From the sequence record NC_061442.1: DNA of 64,000 nt. The stretch is one strand, 5' to 3'. Each line of letters opens with the position of its first letter. Position 1 is the first letter of the stretch. The position numbers and the translations under genes were made by a program. The notes beneath the pieces were generated by a model. That model searched no databases, was not told where the DNA came from, and saw only the letters and a list, made by a program, of their open reading frames with translations. Positions 1 to 9,730 of the stretch are shown here, in pieces.

Positions 1-696
1 CACTTCTCCTCTTGCGTCAGTGACGTAAGGAATGCCGGCGCCTTTACCCAATCCATGACGTAAGGCCCATACTGTATCGGCATTCTCCTGCACGAACACT
101 AACCCTTTGACTTGCGCTTCGTCTGTAGCAGTCTCCAGCACCTCAACACGCTTCTCAAGAAGCTCGGCATTGGATTGCAGCACACGAATAGCAGCCAGGT
201 TAGAGTTAACGCGCTGGTTCATGTTGTTGAACATGGTGAAGAACGAGTTGTTCATCGCCGTGCGAACGCCGTCCGTATAGGACTTAGGAATCAGTTCATC
301 GTTATCGTAGGTTGTTACGCCTGAACGCACAAGAACTTTACCGGTAAGACGTCCACCACTTGCGCTTATGATCTGAGGAGCAGGCAAATCTGCTTCGTCC
401 CAGACCTGAACAGTGGTCATCACCGTATTGTAGTCGGTCTCTTCCTGCCACGTATTCTTATACGGTGCAGTGGCTGCTTTGGACTTACGTCGCATGACTT
501 TTTTATAGCCTGCGTTCGAACCATCAGCAATGACCCAGAGACCGTTCAGTGGAAATACGTGAGTAATCGGTTCGGCAAACGAAAGAATGATCGTAACGTC
601 CGCCCCTACCTTGTACGCAATATCGTTCGACGCAGAAAGCCCTTGCTGTTGTGCAAGAGCAATCAACGTGTCCACGTAGTTAGTCAACTGGCTCAT
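1..696 (-). CDS. Virion fibre-associated protein, 3'-truncated by window edge (MSQLTNYVDTLIALAQQQGLS...); absent from the ORF track
   Basis: Hand translation: AGGAG RBS, ATG at 696, frame open to position 1 (232 codons). The N-terminal domain resembles those of the 59390-63400 and 63397-63996 proteins; a coiled coil is followed by an FVQENADTVWALRHGLG motif typical of phage fibre proteins. Confidence 0.85.
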   Translation of the reverse strand, partial: MSQLTNYVDTLIALAQQQGLSASNDIAYKVGADVTIILSFAEPITHVFPLNGLWVIADGSNAGYKKVMRRKSKAATAPYKNTWQEETDYNTVMTTVQVWDEADLPAPQIISASGGRLTGKVLVRSGVTTYDNDELIPKSYTDGVRTAMNNSFFTMFNNMNQRVNSNLAAIRVLQSNAELLEKRVEVLETATDEAQVKGLVFVQENADTVWALRHGLGKGAGIPYVTDARGEV

Positions 697-1156
697 CCGA
701 AACTCCTAACGATTGTAAAATTGAAGAACTTGTATCGGAGAAGGCCTTAGCAATATGAGAGGCAGCAGCCTTATCGACAACGAGAGTGCTGATTCGCCCT
801 TTTGTATTACACACAATAGTCTGAGGTGAGTACGGTGCAAGCGCAAGAGCGAATAGCAGATGGTTGCCTAGATCGCCAGAGATAGATACTTCTACGTTCA
901 GTTCAGGAACGTAAATGTTCTGGTTGATTTCAGCAACAAACTGCGCCAGCGCCACTGGGTCGAATTCGGGGAGCGCTGTATCATAGTCTTCAACGAGATC
1001 AATCTGTCCCGTCTCAGGGTAATAACGGAAAGCTGCTGGGTCAGAGAGGATTCTGCCGAACAGCTCGTCACTGACTTCAATGCAGTCTGTGTCCGTCTTT
1101 TCTCGCACACGACCAACGATGCTGTTGTTCGCGGGGTTGATACGAATGATAGGCAT
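680..1156 (-). CDS. Hypothetical protein, possibly a tail-fibre assembly/chaperone-like protein (158 aa)
   Basis: ORF 680-1192; probable start MPIIRINP at 1156 behind GTAGGAG RBS; lies directly downstream of a collagen fibre gene. Confidence 0.7.
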   Translation of the reverse strand: MPIIRINPANNSIVGRVREKTDTDCIEVSDELFGRILSDPAAFRYYPETGQIDLVEDYDTALPEFDPVALAQFVAEINQNIYVPELNVEVSISGDLGNHLLFALALAPYSPQTIVCNTKGRISTLVVDKAAASHIAKAFSDTSSSILQSLGVSDEPVD

Positions 1157-1158
1157 CG

Positions 1159-1980
1159 TTAATCTCCTACTGCCGTGTACCAGAAGTCCCAACCGACAGT
1201 GTTAGTGCCGCTGGACTTAATGGTAAAGCCACCCAACAGGGCGTTCTCGTTCATAGCACTGGTACCGTCCAAGTTATACAACGTATACGTCTTAGCTTGG
1301 TTGGTGGCCGCGTTAACGAACGTGATCTGCAAGCTGATGCAGCGGTTAATGAACGGACTGTTGAAGATAACGTGCAGAGTATCAGTTGTTGATTTGTTCA
1401 CGACACGGGCCATGTTGTGAGTAAAGCCCGTATTCATGTTTCGATTACTACCAACCCAAGCATTAGGTACTACCGCACCAGTTACTGGGTCAAGCGCTTG
1501 CGACACGCGATATTCATCAATCGCAGCATCGCGTCCAGGACTACCTGTAGGTCCTGTTGCACCCGTGGGTCCTACTGCACCAGTGTTACCTGTTGCACCT
1601 ACAGGACCCGTATTACCGGTAGGGCCGTTACGACCACGAGGGCCGCGAGGGCCCGGGCAGCCGTCATCACCATCACGTCCATCACGACCGTTAGTGCCTG
1701 ACAGACCGCGCAAGCCTTCTTTGCCCTGCTTACCTTCACGTCCAGACTTGAGCTGGTCAGCAGTAGGCAAACCAATAACGTTTGTCTGACTGCCGTCTGG
1801 CCAGATGATAGAAAGCGTACCGGTAGTAGTATCGAACTGAGCACCCTGTGAGCCTGGAATCTTTGATGCTTCTGCAGGGTCGATGAATGCAACCGCTGTC
1901 GAAGTTTTCTTACCCAGCACTTTACCAACGGGGTCAGTGCCGCCGTCAATAAGTGATGGGTTAATTCGTGTTAAAGACAT
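1159..1980 (-). CDS. Collagen-like fibre protein (24 Gly-X-Y triplets) with C-terminal globular head
   Basis: Uninterrupted GXY run GREGKQ...GSPGRD; N-terminal beta module shared with the three collagens at 7155-9730; AGGAG RBS. Confidence 0.9.
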   Translation of the reverse strand: MSLTRINPSLIDGGTDPVGKVLGKKTSTAVAFIDPAEASKIPGSQGAQFDTTTGTLSIIWPDGSQTNVIGLPTADQLKSGREGKQGKEGLRGLSGTNGRDGRDGDDGCPGPRGPRGRNGPTGNTGPVGATGNTGAVGPTGATGPTGSPGRDAAIDEYRVSQALDPVTGAVVPNAWVGSNRNMNTGFTHNMARVVNKSTTDTLHVIFNSPFINRCISLQITFVNAATNQAKTYTLYNLDGTSAMNENALLGGFTIKSSGTNTVGWDFWYTAVGD

Positions 1981-1990
1981 GGGTGAGCTC

Positions 1991-2194
1991 CTAACCAGTC
2001 AGTGTTGTCCAATCAGGTTGACCCGATTGTCCGGCTTCTGGATTTTTGACTTTCGTGTTGTTGACTGTCATACGAATCCAACGAACAGTTCCGTCTGTAT
2101 CTTGCCACCGGACCTTCGTGCCACCGTATGCTAAATTAGCTACCCATCTGTCTCTGCTTGGGTCTTTGAATGCTAAACGTGCATATGCGGGCAT
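1991..2194 (-). CDS. Small virion protein (67 aa), similar to the N-terminal module of the 673-aa protein
   Basis: AAGGAG RBS; fills the gap exactly; Trp-containing beta pattern similar to residues 1-53 of 5124-7145. Confidence 0.75.
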   Translation of the reverse strand: MPAYARLAFKDPSRDRWVANLAYGGTKVRWQDTDGTVRWIRMTVNNTKVKNPEAGQSGQPDWTTLTG

Positions 2195-2203
2195 AAATTC
2201 TCC

Positions 2204-5080
2204 TTACTCGATTTCACTCGGTTCCCAGCAAAGGATAGGTCTGCGCCACACTTGGAACACACCGATAGGGTCAGCTCGGCCACCATCAATGAAACAATCC
2301 ATGGTGCGACCGCCGGAGTTGCCGCTCTGCATTAACGTCTGCAAGTTGGCAATCCAAGAAGCACGACCTCCAGAATCAGCTTCGAACAGCCCTTCCCATA
2401 CCATATCGAACGCACCGTTCCACGCATTGAAATGATGCGATGAATACGCACCGTCGCCAACACTACAAAGAACCATGTACTGATAGTCTTTCACGCATGG
2501 GATGCTGTAGTTGTTACCACGAGGAACAGTCGCACTGTTATTGTTGAAGATACACTCCCAACCAGTACGATCCGCCGAACCTGTTGTTAAGAACAGGGGA
2601 CGACGAATGATCATCATGATACCATTCTGCCCGCCGTTATCGCTAGACTTTTCGCAGTACGCATTACAGCGCAAGGCGCGGTCAACGGTAAAGGTAGTTG
2701 AGTTGGAGAAGTCACGGCAGTAGTAGTTCGAACCCCACTTAGGCAGATACTCTGCTGGTGGTACGAAGAAATGACGTTCAGCAAGTTCAATTTCACCGTA
2801 GCGGTCATACGCAAATACGATGTACTCAAAGCCTGCTTCAATCTGGATATTGTGTCCCTGAGTGCCGACGCCCTTCCATCTCCAGACAACTTGCCAATCG
2901 TTCGTATCACGGTCAGGCAGTTCAGTGATAAGCTGATAAGGACGCTCATACACATGCCACACTTTCCCTTCTTCTGTCGTGTTGATATACAGAGAACTAG
3001 GATCGTTGATGTTACCGTTAGACGTACCGCAATAAACTTTATGCGATGCACCAGCAGAGTTATAGATAGTGCCTGAGCCGATTGAACTAAACATGTCCCA
3101 GTTCATCATCAGGTGAGAGGTACACATTTCGTTCTGGCCACTACCATCGGAGGTTGTGAGCAGATACTCATTCAAATCTTTGAACGCATAGCGAACGTAA
3201 CTAGAACCAGCACGGTTGACACGATGCACCCAGTCATGCGATTGAACCTTCGGCACAGGGAAGCATGGGTTAGTGACAGACACGACGAAGTTTTTAGTTT
3301 CGTACATAGGCAGTTTCTTGAAGCGGTTATCACGAATCGTTACCGTGTGCTTCATGCCATATGTTTGACCACCGTCCATTCCGCCCAACACTTTGTAGTA
3401 CGACTCATGCGCACTCTTGGTGTTTTCGAACAGACCAGTAATGCCCAACGCAAGTGTACCATCACGATCTGTACCTGTGCAATAAGGAACGTTACCGGAA
3501 TCGAAGTCAAAGCCTACCGAGTAGTAGCTATCCGGTGAGCTTGATTTAGGGCCCCAGTACAGTTCTGTGTGCGCCGAACCTTCACCAATACCAGGCTCGC
3601 CGAACACACAATATGCAGCACGGTACACATACTGACTGCCTTGGAACACACGGCGCGAAGCACCAATGCGATACATAGCAGCAGGCAGACCGCCCTGTAC
3701 ACGGTTAACGTCGGCTGTATCATACGACACAACGAAGACATAACAGTCGGTGCCGATTGAGTTGAGGAACGCAGCACAGGCAGCAGCGTTAGCAACGCCC
3801 GGGTTAGTGCCTTCCGCAGATGCGTGAATATCAAACGAGCGACGTTCAAGCAGCGCAAGATCTGATTTACGAATCTTATAGACGTTCAGGCCGCGCGTAT
3901 CGTTATACTGGGTACCGTTGTAAACAGTGTAGCCGTAATCACCTGTATCGAGATGACGCTGATAGCCTACTACATGCGAGAACAGTCGGCTACGCGCCTG
4001 CAACGCTTGGCCATTCTGATTCGACCACGTGACAGACACATCCCCAGCAGCAAGACGAGCTGCCCAATCATCAGGCTTGTATGGGTAGGTAGTAACATCG
4101 AAGTTAACACCGTACGCCGAGCCCGGCTCCACACAGCATGGGTCACGATAGATAATAGCTGGGTCGAGAATCACATCATCTGGAATATCAACCTGACCAC
4201 AATACAGTTGTTTCCACGCACCAGGCTGCCCTCCGAGTGAAGAAGGTCCTGCTGGAGGGGTTGTATTAAACTGATAGATTGCAGACGTGCGATAGTTAAT
4301 CTGATTATGGAGCTGCGGAACATTCGTCCAAGCAACATGGTTGCCTAATGCGTTGATGCTCTTATCGTGCGCAGCCTTTGTGGAGACGACGTATGCCTGT
4401 CCGTTACTGCGAATGCCTAGTGGGTTGAAGATAGCATTGAAGTTCACGTTACCTTCGTATGCGTTCTTCTGCAATACAATCAAACTAACGCCGTTGCGGT
4501 GCGCCTCACGGAGCGCGGTGAGCATTGCCGTGGGCATACTTTGATTGGTGGCGGACAACAAAAGCATTACACAGCTAAACTGTTTGAAATACTTATACGA
4601 GCCGTCATATCCGTATGCACCAGCGTTGATTTCCTGCCAGCTGTGTGCAAGCATATCCAAAGGCATACGCTGCATGTAACCAACAAGCTGACCCCAGGAC
4701 TCCATGGATGTATCATCATTGACAGGAGCTAAGTCAGAGATGACAAGCATGGAAGTGCCGTTAGTGATATTTGAATTGTAACCACGCTGTGTCAGGAAGT
4801 GACGCAACGCGCCCATGTTGTTGATGGTCTTGTTTCTGTAGTTGCCAAGCCACCCGTATGAGGCATCCACCAGCGGGCTACCATCTCGCACGAAGCGACC
4901 ATTCATAAACACAGAACCAAAGCCGCACACATAAGCTAGAGCGTGTCCGTCTACAACGAATGACGTAAAACGTGAGGCATCGACACCCATAGCATCTACC
5001 GCAGCCTCTGTGCCATTGCCAGGACTGCCGCTGAATACTGGAGTGATGCCCCTAGCATACAAGCAACTTTGTTGTAGCAT
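2204..5080 (-). CDS. Large tail-fibre/virion protein with ILEI/PANDER (GG) lectin-like domain and C-terminal repeats
   Basis: 958 aa; RGLNVYKI...VFVVSYD...IGA...YRAAYCVFGEPG (about 3560-3900) matches the GG/ILEI pattern; an N-terminal region resembles a GATase-like alpha/beta fold (weaker call). Confidence 0.75.
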   Translation of the reverse strand: MLQQSCLYARGITPVFSGSPGNGTEAAVDAMGVDASRFTSFVVDGHALAYVCGFGSVFMNGRFVRDGSPLVDASYGWLGNYRNKTINNMGALRHFLTQRGYNSNITNGTSMLVISDLAPVNDDTSMESWGQLVGYMQRMPLDMLAHSWQEINAGAYGYDGSYKYFKQFSCVMLLLSATNQSMPTAMLTALREAHRNGVSLIVLQKNAYEGNVNFNAIFNPLGIRSNGQAYVVSTKAAHDKSINALGNHVAWTNVPQLHNQINYRTSAIYQFNTTPPAGPSSLGGQPGAWKQLYCGQVDIPDDVILDPAIIYRDPCCVEPGSAYGVNFDVTTYPYKPDDWAARLAAGDVSVTWSNQNGQALQARSRLFSHVVGYQRHLDTGDYGYTVYNGTQYNDTRGLNVYKIRKSDLALLERRSFDIHASAEGTNPGVANAAACAAFLNSIGTDCYVFVVSYDTADVNRVQGGLPAAMYRIGASRRVFQGSQYVYRAAYCVFGEPGIGEGSAHTELYWGPKSSSPDSYYSVGFDFDSGNVPYCTGTDRDGTLALGITGLFENTKSAHESYYKVLGGMDGGQTYGMKHTVTIRDNRFKKLPMYETKNFVVSVTNPCFPVPKVQSHDWVHRVNRAGSSYVRYAFKDLNEYLLTTSDGSGQNEMCTSHLMMNWDMFSSIGSGTIYNSAGASHKVYCGTSNGNINDPSSLYINTTEEGKVWHVYERPYQLITELPDRDTNDWQVVWRWKGVGTQGHNIQIEAGFEYIVFAYDRYGEIELAERHFFVPPAEYLPKWGSNYYCRDFSNSTTFTVDRALRCNAYCEKSSDNGGQNGIMMIIRRPLFLTTGSADRTGWECIFNNNSATVPRGNNYSIPCVKDYQYMVLCSVGDGAYSSHHFNAWNGAFDMVWEGLFEADSGGRASWIANLQTLMQSGNSGGRTMDCFIDGGRADPIGVFQVWRRPILCWEPSEIE

Positions 5081-5100
5081 GTTATGTCCTTAAGATCGGC

Positions 5101-5124
5101 AAGAGGGGCCGAAGCCCCTTCTTT
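5101..5124 (-). terminator. Intrinsic terminator (possibly bidirectional)
   Basis: Minus strand GGGGC-TTCG-GCCCC (cUUCGg loop) followed by TCTT, right after the 673-aa stop; a T-rich tail also follows on the plus strand. Confidence 0.75.
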
Positions 5125-7145
5125 TACCCAAATACTATTTCAGTGATTGCAAGATAGGTCAAGTCGTTCGAGTCGCCTCTATCTCCGCCGCCATGATAAT
5201 ACAGCCACACCTCTTCACCTACAGGGATGTTCGTATCAAACGTAAAGCGTTGGAGAACGTTAGACCTACTCGCTACGTCCTGTTCAGCACCTGCGCCTGC
5301 GTAACGTTCATAAATACTGATGTTATGCCAGCCGCCATTTCGGCCATCATACACCCAGTCAAATGTGATACGCTTGATTGGTCGAGTAAAGAAGTTATTC
5401 CACTTGAACCAACCACTGGTGCCTCCCCATAAGTTCTTGTAGCTACCATCCCACGAAGTGAGGTTACTTACGTCACTGCTAATACCTCGTCCACCTGTTT
5501 GTGCGAACGTATAACAGTACCAAGGGAATGTATCAGACTCCGGAGGTAACGCGCTGCCTCCAGATATAGTCACGCAACGATAAGGAACCGTGAAGTCACT
5601 CACGTTGATGTGTGGAGGCTGAATAGGGCAGTACACATAGTACGACCAATCACATCCGATAGGTGCTGTAACGCGAACAGTGATGTTAGCGCGAAGCACA
5701 TGCTCAGGGTATTTCCAAAATTCGAGTGTGCCAGTACGACCCGCAACAACGATTGCTATATCTAGCAGGTTCATGTCTTGGTCAAACACTTCGAACTTCG
5801 TATCAAACGAGTTCGCTACGCAAACAACAAGCTCGGCGCGGATATCCGTTTGAGTTCCTAACGCAAAATTATCTTCTGTAGTTGGATGGCCAGCAGAGTA
5901 TACGCTGTAACTCTGGCACGGGTGCATAAATTCTCGTGCACCACGCTCGCCAGGGCAGTACAAGCTGTAGAAGCAACTGGCCAGTGAGGCAGCATTACCG
6001 AAGTCTTTGCTGACCACACGCACCATGATATCACAAGCAACGTTCTGAGGGTCGAAGTAGAAGTATAGATAACCTTCTCCTGTCTTAGCGTCAAGCGTAG
6101 TTGCGATACGACGACCAGATTGATAGACCTCAATGAAGTCGAACGTTTCCCATGATGTGTAATCGAGATACATCCAGCCCGCTACCCAACCGATGAAGTG
6201 ATAATACTCAAATGCGTTAGCATTCTGAATACGATCTGCGATCGGCCAAACAGTTGCGTGGCAAGGTGCAGGGAAGATAGGGCTGCCGATATAATCAGGG
6301 TGGATAACGTCAGGGAAGTTGATAACGTCATACGCAGCCTGACTATCGAGCGCTAACCCACCACGGTCAGAAGGTGCAGCAAGTCTAGGCGGATAGACTT
6401 CGAGACTCCAACCGAACCCCTGAGTAGTACGAACACGCACCATGATACGCATGTCAGCGGCGTCAGGGTCGAACTGGAATTTGATACGAGAACGTCCCGT
6501 AACTTTACCACACGTCGAAGCAACACGCACACCCATATGATACACGTCAACACTCGCACCTGCAGGAGCATACGAGGCAATCATCAGCTCAACGTAACCT
6601 TCAACAGCAGGCATGGCGTAGATTGTTTCTGTGATTGTAGCGCCACGACCATGAACAGACGCATACGGTACGTTAGGGTTAGCGTATGTACCTAAGCCGG
6701 AACGAGAAGCAACACCAACAGGGTCGTAAGTCTCGATGGCTTTGATACCTGGTCTATTAATCGATCGACCAGTCGGAGGAGCAAAAGAATTAACGAGACC
6801 GAAGCCAGTACGGCCAGCATCAGGCAAGTCGAAGCCAGCTGGATAGCCTTTGAGTATGTCATACTTCTCACGGCCCCCTGAGCCAATACCGTTGCCTGAG
6901 CCTTTGGTTGTAGATGTAGGACCGCCGCCACAAGCACCCGTCTCGACATTCGAACACGGGTCATCATATGTAGGGTCAAACGAGTCATCAATAAGATGCC
7001 AGCGCTTGCCCCACTGATTACGGACGCTGAACTTCTCTGGAGTCAGAGGAGTCCAGTCGCCGTCTTGTGTGCGTATGAACATGGGCGTGTCCACACAATC
7101 ATGCCAACCGTTATTCGCAGCATTACGAACGCGAAAACGTGCCAC
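5124..7145 (-). CDS. Virion fibre/adhesin-like protein with three tandem beta-sandwich repeats
   Basis: 673 aa; three repeats ending WSLEVYPP, CFYSLYCP and WSYYVYCP; distinct C-terminal domain; AAGGAG RBS. Confidence 0.75.
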   Translation of the reverse strand: MARFRVRNAANNGWHDCVDTPMFIRTQDGDWTPLTPEKFSVRNQWGKRWHLIDDSFDPTYDDPCSNVETGACGGGPTSTTKGSGNGIGSGGREKYDILKGYPAGFDLPDAGRTGFGLVNSFAPPTGRSINRPGIKAIETYDPVGVASRSGLGTYANPNVPYASVHGRGATITETIYAMPAVEGYVELMIASYAPAGASVDVYHMGVRVASTCGKVTGRSRIKFQFDPDAADMRIMVRVRTTQGFGWSLEVYPPRLAAPSDRGGLALDSQAAYDVINFPDVIHPDYIGSPIFPAPCHATVWPIADRIQNANAFEYYHFIGWVAGWMYLDYTSWETFDFIEVYQSGRRIATTLDAKTGEGYLYFYFDPQNVACDIMVRVVSKDFGNAASLASCFYSLYCPGERGAREFMHPCQSYSVYSAGHPTTEDNFALGTQTDIRAELVVCVANSFDTKFEVFDQDMNLLDIAIVVAGRTGTLEFWKYPEHVLRANITVRVTAPIGCDWSYYVYCPIQPPHINVSDFTVPYRCVTISGGSALPPESDTFPWYCYTFAQTGGRGISSDVSNLTSWDGSYKNLWGGTSGWFKWNNFFTRPIKRITFDWVYDGRNGGWHNISIYERYAGAGAEQDVASRSNVLQRFTFDTNIPVGEEVWLYYHGGGDRGDSNDLTYLAITEIVFG

Positions 7146-7154
7146 ATGATCTCC

Positions 7155-7646
7155 TTATGGGCGAACCCAAATAGCGCCGGCTTCCACCTCATTGTCGATA
7201 GCAGGGTCCGTATCTTGTACGAACACCATTACCTTACCGGGATTACCTGGAGAACCAGTAGGACCGGTCGGGCCCGTAGGACCAGCTGGGCCGCGGTTGC
7301 CTACATAGCCTTGCTTACCTTGCAGACCATCTGAGCCTCTAGGCCCAGGGCAACCGTCAGTACCACGACGTCCATCACCGCCCATAAGACCGTCAAGACC
7401 ATCACGACCCGACGGACCTACGCCACCAACAGGACCGTAGCCGATGCTGTGAATAGTAGGCAGCCCTGCGATCTGTATCTTACCAATCGTAGGGATGTTC
7501 AGTGCGAGTACACCAGTGAGTTGGTCGAATGAACCGCTGAGTGTGCTATAGTCTTCTTCGGTGTCTACTGTAACACCGCCTTGAGTGGCTTTCACAGGAC
7601 CAGAAGCATTGGTCTTGAGAAGCGCAATATCAACTTTTTCTACCAT
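7155..7646 (-). CDS. Collagen-like protein (23 Gly-X-Y triplets)
   Basis: GPVGGV...GNPGKV run; C-terminal VFVQDTDP...GAIWVRP motif; AAGGAG RBS. Confidence 0.9.
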   Translation of the reverse strand: MVEKVDIALLKTNASGPVKATQGGVTVDTEEDYSTLSGSFDQLTGVLALNIPTIGKIQIAGLPTIHSIGYGPVGGVGPSGRDGLDGLMGGDGRRGTDGCPGPRGSDGLQGKQGYVGNRGPAGPTGPTGPTGSPGNPGKVMVFVQDTDPAIDNEVEAGAIWVRP

Positions 7647-7655
7647 GATTACTCC

Positions 7656-8288
7656 TTACGGCCAGGTAGTGCCTTGATCTTTAGTAGGGTCGACCCAGAT
7701 GGTGCCTGCGGCAACTGCTCCTGGCTGGGTAGCACTAACGATGATAGACAGACGACCCGCAGGACCCGCTGCACCGGTAGGACCCGTAGGGCCTGTAGAA
7801 CCAGTGTTGCCTGTAGGTCCAGTTCCTCCTCTAGGGCCGGTAGGTCCGGTAGGTCCCATAGGGCCAGTGCGTCCATCAGGTCCGGTAGGTCCTACAGGGC
7901 CAGGTAGACCATCACGCCCATCTGGGCCAGGAATGCCTTGCTCTCCGTCGGGACCTATATTACCATCACACCCCTGTTCGCCAGGACTACCATCTCGACC
8001 GTCACGCCCATCTTTACCGTCAGCGCCAGTCTCACCTCTACCGCCTTGACGCCCTTCAGGGATATCAGAAGCAGTAGGGAAGCCTTGCACTTTGACAGTC
8101 TGACCATTAGCGAACTTGAGAGTCAAGATTCCGCTAGTCGCATCGAACGACGAGTCACCTGTTAGTTCTGACGGTACCTCTGAGTCATCAGGACTGACCG
8201 TCAGTGTGCCCTTAGAGGCACGAACGGCAGTAGGCGTAGAAGACGCACCAGCTTGAATGAGGCCGGTACTTACTTTAATCAGACCCAT
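7656..8288 (-). CDS. Collagen-like protein (34 Gly-X-Y triplets)
   Basis: GRQGGR...GPAGRL run; C-terminal IIVSATQP...GTIWVDP motif; TAATG translational coupling to the upstream gene. Confidence 0.9.
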   Translation of the reverse strand: MGLIKVSTGLIQAGASSTPTAVRASKGTLTVSPDDSEVPSELTGDSSFDATSGILTLKFANGQTVKVQGFPTASDIPEGRQGGRGETGADGKDGRDGRDGSPGEQGCDGNIGPDGEQGIPGPDGRDGLPGPVGPTGPDGRTGPMGPTGPTGPRGGTGPTGNTGSTGPTGPTGAAGPAGRLSIIVSATQPGAVAAGTIWVDPTKDQGTTWP

Positions 8289-9730
8289 TACGTTTTCTCC
8301 GCTTTCGCAACAATATCCGTATTATGCACAAGCACATCACCAACGAAGTAACAGTCGAATGGGTCAACGTCGATATCGACTGTCTGCACTTGTTCGTCTA
8401 CACGACGCATCTCATATACAGAGATAGGTCCTTTGCGACCAAGAACAGTTTGACCTGCTTGCACATCACGCGCAGGAACATAGCGCCATACGATATCATC
8501 GTAAATCAAAACAGGATGTTCGTGCGTGAACTTCTGTCCATTAATCACATAGTAATGATCTTCTTGGCCGCGCACGAGAGCTTTAACAGTCGCGTATACG
8601 GTTGTGCCTTTTATGCTAGGCGAAGACCATCTGCGAAACTCTTTTGGCTGATTCGAATAGCCAAGTAACGCATCACCAACACGTAAGTCTTCAACTGCTT
8701 TCGGACCAACGATAGTGTTAACGACAGAGCCGTACACGATACAGCCGGATGTTGCAGTGTTAGTAGGGTTACGAGCCACAACAGTAAGCGCAGACCTAAC
8801 AGTAACAGTCGGACGCGATGTTTGACCCATATCAGTTACCAGACAGCTAATGGTGCCTTTGATTGTACGATCAGCACCTAAGCCAAGTCTCAGGTAGAAG
8901 TTAACAATGCAGGTGCTTGTCTCAATAGCATCAAGAGTCACACCCTCTGTGGTAGTGATAGTCCATTTATACTTATACGGACCGACACCACCACGCGCAT
9001 TGACAGGTAAATATGCCAGCGACGTAAACACATCAGAACCCTGCACTGTACGTTGACCAACCATGTACAGGCTAGAGACTGACGCAGCAAGAGGCGTTAT
9101 TGTAGGCAGAGGAGGAGCAGGAGTAACGTTCGTCGTAGGGTACAACCACACGAATACTTTGCTATCGAGAGGCTGCGTAGACGAAAGAACTGCTGTAGTT
9201 ATAGGAGCAGGTCCGGTAGCACCAGTAGCTCCAGCTATACAGCTAGGACCATCATTTCCTTTAGGACCTATTGGCCCTGTAGGACCGGTAGCACCGTCTG
9301 GCCCTGTAGGACCGTCTGGGCCCATGCGACCAGTATCTCCATCAGGGCCGTCTTCACCGTCACGTCCCGGCTCTCCAGCTGGCCCCGTCTTCCCTCTATT
9401 ACCTACACCACCCGGACAACCCTGTCTGCCTGTCTCTCCGTCTCGACCATCACGGCCAGGACGACCGGGAGAGCCTGGGGCGCCACGACGCCCAGGCTTC
9501 CCTTCACCAAATACTGATACAGTAGGTAGACCGGGGACGTTAACTACATCCCCGTTCTTTTTGATGAAGACTAACACACCGGTCTTGCTGTTAAATCTTA
9601 CGCTGGCGATCTGTGTTAGTGTTGCCACATCGGAGTTTTCAAATTGAACACCTCCGTCAACGCCGACTAAGGATTTACCTTCGTCATTCTGCGTTGTTTC
9701 GACTTGCGAAAGTTTTAACTGTGTTGTCAT
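8288..9730 (-). CDS. Collagen-like fibre protein with Ig-like domain and C-terminal Hint domain
   Basis: 29 GXY triplets, then CIA and 3 more; beta-sandwich ([11 protein letters not shown]); Hint domain at the C-terminus. Confidence 0.9.
   Translation of the reverse strand: MTTQLKLSQVETTQNDEGKSLVGVDGGVQFENSDVATLTQIASVRFNSKTGVLVFIKKNGDVVNVPGLPTVSVFGEGKPGRRGAPGSPGRPGRDGRDGETGRQGCPGGVGNRGKTGPAGEPGRDGEDGPDGDTGRMGPDGPTGPDGATGPTGPIGPKGNDGPSCIAGATGATGPAPITTAVLSSTQPLDSKVFVWLYPTTNVTPAPPLPTITPLAASVSSLYMVGQRTVQGSDVFTSLAYLPVNARGGVGPYKYKWTITTTEGVTLDAIETSTCIVNFYLRLGLGADRTIKGTISCLVTDMGQTSRPTVTVRSALTVVARNPTNTATSGCIVYGSVVNTIVGPKAVEDLRVGDALLGYSNQPKEFRRWSSPSIKGTTVYATVKALVRGQEDHYYVINGQKFTHEHPVLIYDDIVWRYVPARDVQAGQTVLGRKGPISVYEMRRVDEQVQTVDIDVDPFDCYFVGDVLVHNTDIVAKAEKT
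8321..8743 (-). other. Hint (intein-like/BIL) autoprocessing domain, about 141 aa
   Basis: Starts at Cys (G-CIVYGS...VEDLRVGD), has the block-B motif FTHEHP and ends VLVHN followed by Thr; too short to contain a homing endonuclease. Confidence 0.85.

Noticed and set aside
7699-9647. Pro/Gly-rich plus-strand ORFs resembling collagen (also 1436-1789)
   Set aside because: Mirror reading of the minus-strand Gly-Pro-Thr repeats.
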